Origin: Pseudomonadota bacterium
GTDB taxonomy: Bacteria; Bdellovibrionota_F; JAHFAK01; JBDREC01
Direction: 5' to 3'
Assembly: GCA_043820105.1 (NCBI GenBank)
Contig: JBDREC010000024.1
Coordinates: 1 to 46,003 of the forward strand
DNA: 46,003 nt
Shown here: piece after piece, positions 17,000 to 26,287 of the stretch
Numbering within the stretch: the first letter of the stretch is position 1
How the letters are laid out: every line of letters starts with the position of its first letter
Translations under genes and position numbers: made by a program
Notes under the pieces: model-generated
What the model saw: only the letters and a program-made list of their open reading frames with translations
Database searches by the model: none
Told to the model about the DNA's origin: nothing

Positions 17000-18650
17000 T
17001 AAATTTGAAGAAAAATTAGTAAATGATGTAGTTTTACTTGAAAAAATATCAAAAGATGAAGTCGAAAAAACAATTGATTTAAAGGATGATGAAGCTACAT
17101 TTATTGGGCAGTTATTTATTGAGCGTGGATTGATATCAGAAGATGATCTGGTTTGGGTAATGGGGCAATCTTGTGATTTGCCTGTTGTTCCTATTCAAAT
17201 GGAGGATTTTGATGAGGATGTTGTAAACACAATACCAGCTCATGTGTGTAGAAAGCTATTGGTTGTTCCGTATTTAAAAATAGCTAGCGATTTGTCTGTT
17301 ATTGCCGCAAGACCTTTATTGGATGAAGAAATTAAAGAGCTTAAGCAAATTTCAGGATGTAATGTTTCTCTTTCCCTGGGAGTCAAATCTCAAATTATTA
17401 ATGTGTTAAATAGTTTCTTTGGCACTTCATTTGCAGTTATTGAAGATGAACAGGAAAAAGAACCCATATCATCAGAATTTTATGATACAGAGCACTTGCA
17501 ATATTTGGCTTCTGATTATAGTGGTGAGCAAATTTGGCAATTTATTTTAGATAAGCTAGATTTTTATAAACCTATTTCAATTCAATTTGTTGTTTTAAAT
17601 TCAAGTGCTGACCTTAGATTTAAATTCGACTATGGCTCTAAGACATTACTTAGACTAAATAGAGAGTGGTCCAGAATCTTTCAGAAAAAACTTGATGCCA
17701 TTATTAGCACAGAAAGCTCACAGATTTCAGAAAAGCTTTTTATAAAAAGAATTTCATATCAAAAAGATGAAAAAACTCACTATCATACTTTGAAAATTCA
17801 TATTCATTATTCTTTCTATGGAAAATCTTATAATTTTTATCCATTTTATTCATCAAATGAAATTAATGAGTTTGATTCACATCAAGACGGTATAGATGAA
17901 ATAGCTAATGAGTTATCAAATGCTTCAAGAGGACTTATCTTAACCTTTGGAAACCTGCATTCAAAGAATAAAAGGCCAATATTGTCTCTTTTGGATAAGC
18001 TTGCTTCTAAGAATAAATATGCTTCTTCTATTGTACCTTTTTCAATTTCTAATTATGAGTCAGTTGAGCAAGTAGATTATGTTGAGGAAGAAAACTCAAT
18101 GAAAGCTTTAGATGAAGTAATGGCTGGTGGTTCTGATGTTGTTTATTTTGATGGATGTATTGAATCTTTAAGCCAATCAAAATTAAACGCCATCTTTAAC
18201 GACGGGCTTATCTTTTTAGATGCAAATCTCACATCACCTCAAGATATGATTATGTTTCTTTTTAAAAATTATCTTTCTAATAATTTTGCTGTATTAAATA
18301 ATTTACATTCAATTTTATTTCTAAATTCTATACCGGTTCTTTGTAAATGGTGTAGGCAAGAAAAGAAAACTAAGCTAGCTCAAGATATGACCCTTTTTGA
18401 AAAGGTTGGTTGTGAAAGATGTATGGACCTTGGGTATTCTGGAACCAAAAGTTTTTATGAGCTTTTAAAAATACCAAATGATTTGTTTTATAATATGAAG
18501 AAAAAAGACTTATCAAAATTTGAGTTTTGTGAAAATTTAGAAAAGTTAATTGATCCAATTGTTCAAAATCTTAGAAAAGCTGTTTTTAAAGATGTTATAA
18601 TAGGAAATATTAACCAAGAATCTATAATTAATTTTTCTTTGGAGGCCTAA
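16989..18650 (+). CDS. PilB/GspE-like protein with T2SSE_N/MshEN-like N-terminus and a degenerate ATPase domain
   Basis: FIGQLFIERGLISEDDL and IPAHVCRKLLVVP. The Walker A position reads GLILTFGNLHSKNKR; the Zn tetracysteine LCKWC...GCERCMDLGYSG is retained. GAGGAGG RBS. Confidence 0.8.
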   Translation: MPLNKFEEKLVNDVVLLEKISKDEVEKTIDLKDDEATFIGQLFIERGLISEDDLVWVMGQSCDLPVVPIQMEDFDEDVVNTIPAHVCRKLLVVPYLKIASDLSVIAARPLLDEEIKELKQISGCNVSLSLGVKSQIINVLNSFFGTSFAVIEDEQEKEPISSEFYDTEHLQYLASDYSGEQIWQFILDKLDFYKPISIQFVVLNSSADLRFKFDYGSKTLLRLNREWSRIFQKKLDAIISTESSQISEKLFIKRISYQKDEKTHYHTLKIHIHYSFYGKSYNFYPFYSSNEINEFDSHQDGIDEIANELSNASRGLILTFGNLHSKNKRPILSLLDKLASKNKYASSIVPFSISNYESVEQVDYVEEENSMKALDEVMAGGSDVVYFDGCIESLSQSKLNAIFNDGLIFLDANLTSPQDMIMFLFKNYLSNNFAVLNNLHSILFLNSIPVLCKWCRQEKKTKLAQDMTLFEKVGCERCMDLGYSGTKSFYELLKIPNDLFYNMKKKDLSKFEFCENLEKLIDPIVQNLRKAVFKDVIIGNINQESIINFSLEA

Positions 18651-18651
18651 A

Positions 18652-19095
18652 ATGACGGTGCTTGATTTGATTAAGAAAGTTGATGTTTTTAAAAATCTTT
18701 CTGTTAGAGATATTAATTTACTAGGTACAATTTGTAGGCAGGTTGAAGTGCCTTCAAGAAGCATGATTATGCAGGAAGGTAAGCCTGGGGCAGGACTTTT
18801 TATAATTGAAAAGGGTTCTGTGAAGGTTTGCAAAAATATTGAAGGTAAGCTTCATTCAATAGCAAATATTGATATTGGAGGGCACTTTGGTGAAATTTCC
18901 TTAATTGATGATGGACCTGCGTCAGCATCAATTGTTACAGACTTAGAAACCTCCTTGCTTTTTATTTCACGAGAAACGTTTAGTCAACTTTCCAGTTCCA
19001 ATGTATCTTTAGCATTAAAAATATATAAGAATTTAGCAAGGACATTGGCTCAACGTCTAAGAAAGACAAGCACTGCGGTTGTTTTTAAAAAATAA
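18652..19095 (+). CDS. Stand-alone cyclic nucleotide-binding domain protein
   Basis: VFKNLS, IMQEGKPGAGLFIIEKGSVKV, GGHFGEISLIDDGPASAS, LAQRLR; GGAGG RBS. Confidence 0.92.
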   Translation: MTVLDLIKKVDVFKNLSVRDINLLGTICRQVEVPSRSMIMQEGKPGAGLFIIEKGSVKVCKNIEGKLHSIANIDIGGHFGEISLIDDGPASASIVTDLETSLLFISRETFSQLSSSNVSLALKIYKNLARTLAQRLRKTSTAVVFKK

Positions 19096-19099
19096 CTTA

Positions 19100-20038
19100 T
19101 TATAAATAACTCGCACCTATAATTCCACCATTTTCTGAAAGTTTTCTTTTTAAAATTTTAACATGATTTGCAGGAGTAGCAAAAGCTCTTTTTTTCATTT
19201 CATCCTTTGCAAAGGTATGAAAAAATTTCCATGAATTTGATATGCCACCTGCGATTATTATTTTATCTGGATTTAATGCATCTACAATATCTGCTAAACC
19301 TATTCCAAGATAAGTGCCAAATAGTTTAAATATTTCAATAGCATCTTTATTGTTTTGATTAGCTAGGGCATATAAAATTTTACTATCAGCATAACCGTCT
19401 TTACAGACCACCTTTTTAATAAGTGCCTTGTTTACTTCTTTTATTATATTTATTAAGCCAAAACTAGAGCAATAACTTTCTAAACAACCATTGTTTCCGC
19501 AATTACAGCTTGGCCCTTTGGGATTAATTGTTATGTGACCAAGTTCTCCTGCTGTGCCACAACTGCCTCTGTAAAGCTTCCCATTTATTATTATCCCACC
19601 ACCAACGCCAGTTCCAAGTGTTAGGCAGCAAAGGTTTTTGCTTTGAGAATTTCTGCTGTGTTTGAATTCACCAAGTGTTATGCAATTTGCATCATTGTCT
19701 ATTTTAACCTTTATATTAGTCCTTTTTTCCAGGATTTTTTTGAAGGGGTAATTTTTCCATGAGGGTACATGTGGAGATTCTACAACTACACCTGATTCAA
19801 ACAATATACTTCCAGGAATTCCAAGATTTAAGCTTAGTAAGTCTTTATCATAAAGGTTGACCTTTTTTAATAAAGCATTTTTAAGTCCGATGATGTTTTC
19901 CATTATCTTTTCATTGCCAAGTCGAGCTTCAGAGGGAACACTTGCTTTTGCTAAAAAAATTTTTTTGTTGTTTAATATCGCAGCTCGAATATTTGTGCCA
20001 CCCATGTCCATGGCAATAATATAGTTTGGTTTTGGCAT
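19100..20038 (-). CDS. ROK family sugar kinase (glucokinase-like)
   Basis: DMGGTN, GIPG, DNDAN, LTLGTGVGGG, GELGH, CNCGNNGCLE, IAGGI and GIIGA. Confidence 0.95.
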   Translation of the reverse strand: MPKPNYIIAMDMGGTNIRAAILNNKKIFLAKASVPSEARLGNEKIMENIIGLKNALLKKVNLYDKDLLSLNLGIPGSILFESGVVVESPHVPSWKNYPFKKILEKRTNIKVKIDNDANCITLGEFKHSRNSQSKNLCCLTLGTGVGGGIIINGKLYRGSCGTAGELGHITINPKGPSCNCGNNGCLESYCSSFGLINIIKEVNKALIKKVVCKDGYADSKILYALANQNNKDAIEIFKLFGTYLGIGLADIVDALNPDKIIIAGGISNSWKFFHTFAKDEMKKRAFATPANHVKILKRKLSENGGIIGASYL

Positions 20039-20057
20039 AAGTTAATCCTTTTTAAAT

Positions 20058-20155
20058 CGGTATTCAGTCTTTGGTATTCAGTATTCAGTATTCAGTAAAG
20101 AAGAGGAGATTTCAAATAAAAAATGATTATAGATTAAGATTATAATTAAGATTTG
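20058..20155. repeat. Heptamer (GTATTCA)n followed by a GATTAW-like hexamer array
   Basis: ggtattcagtctttggtattcagtattcagtattcagta, then gattatagattaagattataattaagatt. Confidence 0.8.
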
Positions 20156-20169
20156 AGAACTGATGAGGA

Positions 20170-20198
20170 TTGACAATTTGAGGCTTAATAAATAGGAT
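20170..20198 (+). promoter_or_regulatory. Sigma70-type promoter
   Basis: TTGACA-17 nt-TAGGAT upstream of 20234. Confidence 0.55.
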
Positions 20199-20233
20199 TA
20201 TCTCCTGTTTTAATTTTCAAGGAGTGACCAAAA

Positions 20234-21448
20234 ATGAAAAAAATAATTTTATTCATTTCTCTATTCTTTATCATTTCATCATTGAGTTTACTTGCAAACA
20301 CTGTTGATACAGCTACTAAATATGGTGCTAAAGCCTCTGGTATGGCATCAGGTGGAGCTGTTGCAATGTCTGGAAATTCTGGCCTGGTTTATTTTAACCC
20401 AGCTACAATTGCTGGAGTTAGAAACTCAGATTTTACTGTAAACTTTACCTCTGGAATTCCAGTCATGTCAGGACCTGCAAATGGAGCCGGGACAAGTGTT
20501 GATTCTGCCTTTCTATATTTTCCACTTTTTAATATTGGTGGTGCTTTAAGGTTACATGATTATGTTGTTTTAGGATTTAATGCTTATAACTCTGGCGGAC
20601 TTGGGGCTAAGTATGATGATATTAATTTTGGCAACAGTGCTTTAACAGCCCGAGAAATGTCGGCTCAAACCTCAGTTATGGAGCTTGGACCAACTCTTGC
20701 CCTTGACCTTCCATATGGTCTTTCCTTGGGTGTTGCTTATAAAGTTTCTTATGTTGCAGAAGACATTAAATCTTATGATGCTACTGGTGCTTATTCAGAC
20801 ATGTCTTTGACTGGCTTAAATTATATGGGGTTTAAATTTGGTCTCCAATATGAACCCATTGAAGACTTATCCTTTGGTGCTTCTTATAGGCTAGCAACAA
20901 CTACGACCTTATCAGGATCATCAACTGTTTCAGCCACAGCTGGTACTGCTATTTATGACGCTGCAACAGATTTTGAATATGTTGATCAGGTAAGGGCAGG
21001 GGTTGAATATAAAATGCTTGATAAAAAACTATCCATTGGAACAGACTTTGAATATACCTTTTATTCAAAAGTAGATTCAGCTGATTTTGATTTAAGCTTA
21101 TCTGGAACAACTGTTACATCTTCAAACACATTGAATTGGAATGACCAGTGGGGAGCTTATCTTGGATCTGAATACTATGTTATAGAAAAACTACCAGTTC
21201 GAATCGGTGGTGGTGTTTATTCAGACATAGTTCCGGCAGGATATGCATCATCTTTATATCCTGCTCCAGGTCTTGGCTGGTTGGTTTCAGCTGGCGCCAG
21301 CTATGAATTTACAAGTTTTGAAGCTGGATTTTGGTATAACTATTATTCAGCTCAAGGAAGAGTCGCTTCAACTGTAAGCACGACTTTTCCAGGAGATTAT
21401 AGCACCTCTATTCATCTTGTAGGCCTGGAATTTAGGTTTGCTGACTAG
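20234..21448 (+). CDS. OmpP1/FadL/TodX family outer membrane transporter
   Basis: Signal peptide; GAKASGMASGGAVA...VYFNPA plug motif; alternating beta-strand pattern; aromatic-rich C-terminal strand; AAGGAG RBS. Confidence 0.85.
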   Translation: MKKIILFISLFFIISSLSLLANTVDTATKYGAKASGMASGGAVAMSGNSGLVYFNPATIAGVRNSDFTVNFTSGIPVMSGPANGAGTSVDSAFLYFPLFNIGGALRLHDYVVLGFNAYNSGGLGAKYDDINFGNSALTAREMSAQTSVMELGPTLALDLPYGLSLGVAYKVSYVAEDIKSYDATGAYSDMSLTGLNYMGFKFGLQYEPIEDLSFGASYRLATTTTLSGSSTVSATAGTAIYDAATDFEYVDQVRAGVEYKMLDKKLSIGTDFEYTFYSKVDSADFDLSLSGTTVTSSNTLNWNDQWGAYLGSEYYVIEKLPVRIGGGVYSDIVPAGYASSLYPAPGLGWLVSAGASYEFTSFEAGFWYNYYSAQGRVASTVSTTFPGDYSTSIHLVGLEFRFAD

Positions 21449-21715
21449 CTTATAAGAAAAACTTATAAAGATTATAATCTTGACTTTGGATATTTCGATC
21501 TGTAAGCTATCTTTTCCTATTGGAATATAAATGGAGGGGGAAGACGTTTGGCTAAGAAATTTATTCCCGGTCAAGCTTCCATTAATTATGTATTGAAATC
21601 CACTATACATCTCTATCTTCATCAAAAAGAAAAGCACTTTGTCCTTTATGACACTACCTGATAAACCAATTTATAAATAAAATTGAATAATTAAGTTAAA
21701 TTTAGGAGGGGGAAA

Positions 21716-23098
21716 ATGAAAAAGCTTACATGTGTAATTTTTATAATGTGTTTATCTTGGGCAAGTGCAAATTCAAAAATTGATTCCTATCTGGCAGATC
21801 ATTTTAGTGAACCTGAAAATGAAATAGCTAAAGTTTTAATTATGATAGATGATAGTGAAGTTCTTGATTATTATACCAATGAAATAAATGAATATTATTT
21901 TGATTATAAAACTATGGTTAGCATGTTGAAATATATTGAAGAAGAAACACAAAAGGATATTAGGAATGATCTTAATACAAAACATTATAACGGCGATACT
22001 TTAGTTGCTCCTGTTAAAACTCTCTGGAATTGTAATAGTATTGTGGCCTATGTAAATAAAAAGGGTTTGGCCTGGTTGACATCAAGGTCGGATGTGCAAA
22101 AAATATTATTGGATAGAGATATGCAAATAGAGCCAGGTTTTCCATCATTGTCACCATTTGAGGAGGACGATAAACCACCTGTTGGCTATACATATGGTTT
22201 GAAGAAAATTGGAATCGATAAACTTAATGAGGAAATGCCTTGGTTAACGGGAGAAGGAGTGCTTGTTGGAGTGATTGATTCTGGTGTTGATGGAACTCAC
22301 CCTGAGCTTGAAGGCAAAATTTATAAATTTAAAAACATGAATAGCAGTGATCCAAACGCATCTGATGATAATCCTGTAGATTACCATGGTCATGGAACTC
22401 ATGTGTCTGGAACGATTCTGGGGGGAAATCTAAGTGGCGCTCAAATTGGCGTGGCTCCAGGTGCTATGCTTGTTGCTTCGGCTGCTCTAAGTGGTTGGTC
22501 GCCATATTCAAATATTTTAGAAGCTATGCAATGGATCATGGATCCAGATGGAGATCCTGAAACAGCTGATTTTCCAAGAGTAGTTAATTGTTCCTGGCAT
22601 TCTGGCAATGCCCCATCTCAAGAACCTTTTTATAAAGCAATTGCAGCGTGGGAAGCAGCCAACATAGTGCCTAATTTTTCTGCTGGAAATGCTGGCGAAA
22701 ATGGCTTAACAAATCCAAAAGAATTTCCATCAACCTTTACAGTAGCAGCTACAGATATGAATGATCTTATTGCACCTTTTTCAAGTCATGGGCCCGCTAT
22801 TTACCTGGGAGATGAATTTATGAAACCTGAAGTTTCAGCTCCAGGCGTTGATATTTTTTCTTCATTACCTGAAGGAAAATATGAAAAGTGGTCAGGAACG
22901 TCTATGGCTGCTCCTCATGTTGCTGGAACTATGGCCCTCTTATTTCAAATTGACCCAGAATTAACAGTAGATGGAGTGAAAGAACTTTTAATTTCAACTT
23001 CAGTTGATCTTGGCGATGAGGGCTGGGATTATCGATATGGCTTTGGAAGGATTGATGCCTTTGCAGCAGCTGCGGAATTAATTAGTCGACTTTATTAA
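21716..23098 (+). CDS. Secreted S8 subtilisin-like serine peptidase (bacillopeptidase F-like)
   Basis: Signal peptide and prodomain; catalytic triad GVIDSG, HGHGTHVSG, SGTSMAAPHVAG; oxyanion SAGN; YGFGRID. Confidence 0.96.
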   Translation: MKKLTCVIFIMCLSWASANSKIDSYLADHFSEPENEIAKVLIMIDDSEVLDYYTNEINEYYFDYKTMVSMLKYIEEETQKDIRNDLNTKHYNGDTLVAPVKTLWNCNSIVAYVNKKGLAWLTSRSDVQKILLDRDMQIEPGFPSLSPFEEDDKPPVGYTYGLKKIGIDKLNEEMPWLTGEGVLVGVIDSGVDGTHPELEGKIYKFKNMNSSDPNASDDNPVDYHGHGTHVSGTILGGNLSGAQIGVAPGAMLVASAALSGWSPYSNILEAMQWIMDPDGDPETADFPRVVNCSWHSGNAPSQEPFYKAIAAWEAANIVPNFSAGNAGENGLTNPKEFPSTFTVAATDMNDLIAPFSSHGPAIYLGDEFMKPEVSAPGVDIFSSLPEGKYEKWSGTSMAAPHVAGTMALLFQIDPELTVDGVKELLISTSVDLGDEGWDYRYGFGRIDAFAAAAELISRLY

Positions 23099-23125
23099 AA
23101 GGGAACAAGAGCGTAAGGGAACAAG
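23099..23125. repeat. Short copy of the AAGGGAAC/AAGAGCG octamer family
   Basis: aagggaacaagagcgtaagggaacaag matches 11276..11302 with one mismatch. Confidence 0.75.
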
Positions 23126-23165
23126 TTAAATGTCGCGGACGATAGGCTCTTGACTTGTTGATTTA

Positions 23166-26100
23166 TTACTGCTGTTTTGATGCATTTATAAAAAACATGT
23201 TATTATAATATTTATTTGTATAATCACTGAAATCAATTCTTTTCGATTTTACACCCTCAATCTCATGATATACAGGGACTTCAAGATCATATATTTCCCA
23301 AAGGTTTTCTGCTCCATTTATGAATATTTCTTCCCGCCAACCCAGAACATTGAGATCTCCTAAAAACATTTCTACATAATTATATTTATCCTGTTCATCA
23401 TCTGTATAGTAATTGCCATCCTGCAAAACAGCCTGTGTATAAAGTATCTTCATTACATCTTGCCTTTTTTCTATTGAAAGATCTAAATACTTTTTCCAAT
23501 CATTGTTATGCCAAATGAAATTATCTATATTGTCACCAATTTCATCATCTCTTTGGACTCTTTTAAAATCCTCTTCAAAGAATAATCTGCTGTATTTTCT
23601 TATATCATGGAGCTTTAAAATTTCATCTTCCATTCTGTTTCGAAAATTATCATCATCATCGTTTGCAATAAATTTTATGAACCAATCCTTAAAAGGTATA
23701 TCTATATATCCTTTTTCGATGAATGGGATCACTTTTTCTTGTGCCTCTTTTAGAATATTTGCATGGTACAATGATTCCTGGGCCCATTCAAAATTATAAA
23801 GCAGTTGCTGTGATGATATGAGTTTACCTGAAAGAAGTTTATCCTTTAAATCATGCATACAGTTGTTGCTTCCGTTATAATAAATAAGTTCTTTGAGCCA
23901 TGTGCTTGATGATAGACTTGTTACAAATTCTTTATATCCGACAAAATCAAAGATATCGTTAAGATATTTATTGCTGGAGCCTTGTACTATTTTTTCGCTT
24001 ATCCATTCCACTAAATCAATGTTGCCAAAGGTTTCACCAAGGACTCCCGGCCACAAGGTGTTTCCACTTTTTAATAATAGATCACTGTTTTCATTTCGAT
24101 CTAAAAGCTCCCTGATTTCTTGTGAAGCTATACAGGAAATTGCATCTAAGCCGGAATACATTATATGTGTGGAATTATATACCGAATGCGAACATATCGC
24201 TTGATCCGCACTAATTACAAAAGCTTGCTTCATATAGTCACTTCTGCTTTTTAAAAAAGCATCAACCATGGTAGCATAATATGAACACTCAAAAGATTGC
24301 CGTGTTAGATGATTACGGTTTATTTCAAAAATTGGCAATAAGGGTGCCGGATTATTTTCATATTTTTCAACTACTTCTCTTATTCGTTTATTCTCTAAAT
24401 TTGGATCATATGGATTTTCACTTATTTGGAAACGATCATTTCTAAACCCGATCATTTCACTTAAAGTGATTTCTTCTTCGAAGTATAAATTTCTCATCGC
24501 CTGGACGATCCTTGTCTTTTTATCTGATCTTTCCTTAAGATCCTGTAAAAGATTGTACTGCTCACCAAGAAGATCGCCAATTTTCCTGTATTTTTGAACC
24601 GGTTTCATTTCGGGTTTTAATTCCCTGACTTTTTCAACAATAATATTTTTGGGTATATACCCAAAAACTGTTTCGGGATTCTTCTCAATTCCCATTGCAG
24701 GAACCAAAGCAGCCAGCCCCAGGAGATTGGCATATAAAACATCTTCTGGCCATTCGGGGATATCCTTGATTAAATCAAACATAATATCATCTGTGGGATT
24801 GTTTGGAGTGAGTGGTTCTACAATGTCCTCAAGCCAATCTATAGTTTGTATCTCATACATGTAGCTTTGTGCAATAGGATTCATATATTCTGTAATTTTC
24901 CTTAGCTGGCCTCTCATTTTAATATCATGTTTAAGAATTTTTATTTCAATATTAAGCATTTCATAAAATTCTACAAATGGACTGAGTGCCTCTTCTCTGT
25001 CTATCTTTCTTTCTTTAAGATACTCATTTAAATAATGATCCCTATGATCGAAATAATAACCAGGTGGAGCATAAGCGCTCTTGGCAGCCAGGAGATTTTC
25101 AAGAGGTTTTTCATCAAAATATAAGGTCCCTGTATTTAAAAGGTGCCTTCCACCTTTGATGGTCGTGTCAATTGTGTGTTCAATTTCTCTTGGAAGATTT
25201 TCGTGTAATAAAAGGCCCAAAAGACCGAAAAGGCCGCCTTTTACCATTCCATGTCTTGCTAAAAAACCTCCGGCCAGAGGCATTTCAGCTAAAACCGGAG
25301 ATAATATATAACCTACTGTAATGAAACTTCCGATCAATGTAAGCAATCTTCCGGATGTCATATGCTTTCTGAAAGTATTATAAATAAGGAGCCTTCTGTA
25401 GCTGTCCTCTGAAATGATTTTTATCATATGTTTAATAAATATATTTGTTACGGTATCTCTTCTCTGTTCATATGGAAGGTCATGATCTTGCCGATCAAAA
25501 AAGAGTTTATTTATAAAACCTTTAAGTTCATTTGCAGTGTCAGAAGCTGCATGCGGGACATTCATTAATTCAAGCTTATCTTCTCTTGTGAAATTTAAAT
25601 CCCCTGCAGCTATTCGTTCATCAATTTCAGCAATAGTTTTTATATGAGCCAGAAACATCCATTCACGTATAACTTCCCAAAAAGAGAAGGCGTATGCTGT
25701 GGCGATAAATTCATTTGTTATTATACTTAAAAGGGTTCTTCCTTCACCCGTTCTTGTAAAAAGGTAGATTAAGCTTTGTTCAATATGGAAGGCTCTTAGA
25801 CCACCCCTTGCCATAATTGATCCATTAAACATTGAAAAGAAGGTAAGATCCATAAAACTATGCTCGATTGCTTCCTGAATTCTTTCAATTCTGACTTTGT
25901 AAGTCGGCTCCTGAAAAGCGTAAAGGATATAATTATCTTCTGCTTCATTAAACTGACTTGAGATTATTGATCCAAGAACCATAATAAAAATCGAGGTGAA
26001 ATGGCCCATATAGCTTTCACCGCCTCGGGCTTGATTGTAGTTTGCCTTTTCTATTCTTTCAATCATTTTTGGTTTGCTTGCCCAAAGGTCACGAAATGAA

Positions 26101-26195
26101 TAGGCTTTATCTTCCCAAAGGTCTCCTGCAAATAATACATTAGGCAATAGTATGATTAGTAATAGATAAATTTTTATTGGTTTTTTTAGCAACAC
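23166..26195 (-). CDS. Large secreted or membrane-associated hypothetical protein (1009 aa)
   Basis: Signal-like N-terminus (IYLLLIILLPNVLFA-GD) and several hydrophobic helices in the first third. No family recognised. Confidence 0.8.
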   Translation of the reverse strand: MLLKKPIKIYLLLIILLPNVLFAGDLWEDKAYSFRDLWASKPKMIERIEKANYNQARGGESYMGHFTSIFIMVLGSIISSQFNEAEDNYILYAFQEPTYKVRIERIQEAIEHSFMDLTFFSMFNGSIMARGGLRAFHIEQSLIYLFTRTGEGRTLLSIITNEFIATAYAFSFWEVIREWMFLAHIKTIAEIDERIAAGDLNFTREDKLELMNVPHAASDTANELKGFINKLFFDRQDHDLPYEQRRDTVTNIFIKHMIKIISEDSYRRLLIYNTFRKHMTSGRLLTLIGSFITVGYILSPVLAEMPLAGGFLARHGMVKGGLFGLLGLLLHENLPREIEHTIDTTIKGGRHLLNTGTLYFDEKPLENLLAAKSAYAPPGYYFDHRDHYLNEYLKERKIDREEALSPFVEFYEMLNIEIKILKHDIKMRGQLRKITEYMNPIAQSYMYEIQTIDWLEDIVEPLTPNNPTDDIMFDLIKDIPEWPEDVLYANLLGLAALVPAMGIEKNPETVFGYIPKNIIVEKVRELKPEMKPVQKYRKIGDLLGEQYNLLQDLKERSDKKTRIVQAMRNLYFEEEITLSEMIGFRNDRFQISENPYDPNLENKRIREVVEKYENNPAPLLPIFEINRNHLTRQSFECSYYATMVDAFLKSRSDYMKQAFVISADQAICSHSVYNSTHIMYSGLDAISCIASQEIRELLDRNENSDLLLKSGNTLWPGVLGETFGNIDLVEWISEKIVQGSSNKYLNDIFDFVGYKEFVTSLSSSTWLKELIYYNGSNNCMHDLKDKLLSGKLISSQQLLYNFEWAQESLYHANILKEAQEKVIPFIEKGYIDIPFKDWFIKFIANDDDDNFRNRMEDEILKLHDIRKYSRLFFEEDFKRVQRDDEIGDNIDNFIWHNNDWKKYLDLSIEKRQDVMKILYTQAVLQDGNYYTDDEQDKYNYVEMFLGDLNVLGWREEIFINGAENLWEIYDLEVPVYHEIEGVKSKRIDFSDYTNKYYNNMFFINASKQQ

Positions 26196-26287
26196 TAACC
26201 CTTTTTGTTACAATAAGAAAAAATAACTTTTTAGCTTCTTAGTTTCTAATAAACGTAAACTTTATGACATATATAACCGTATTAAAA

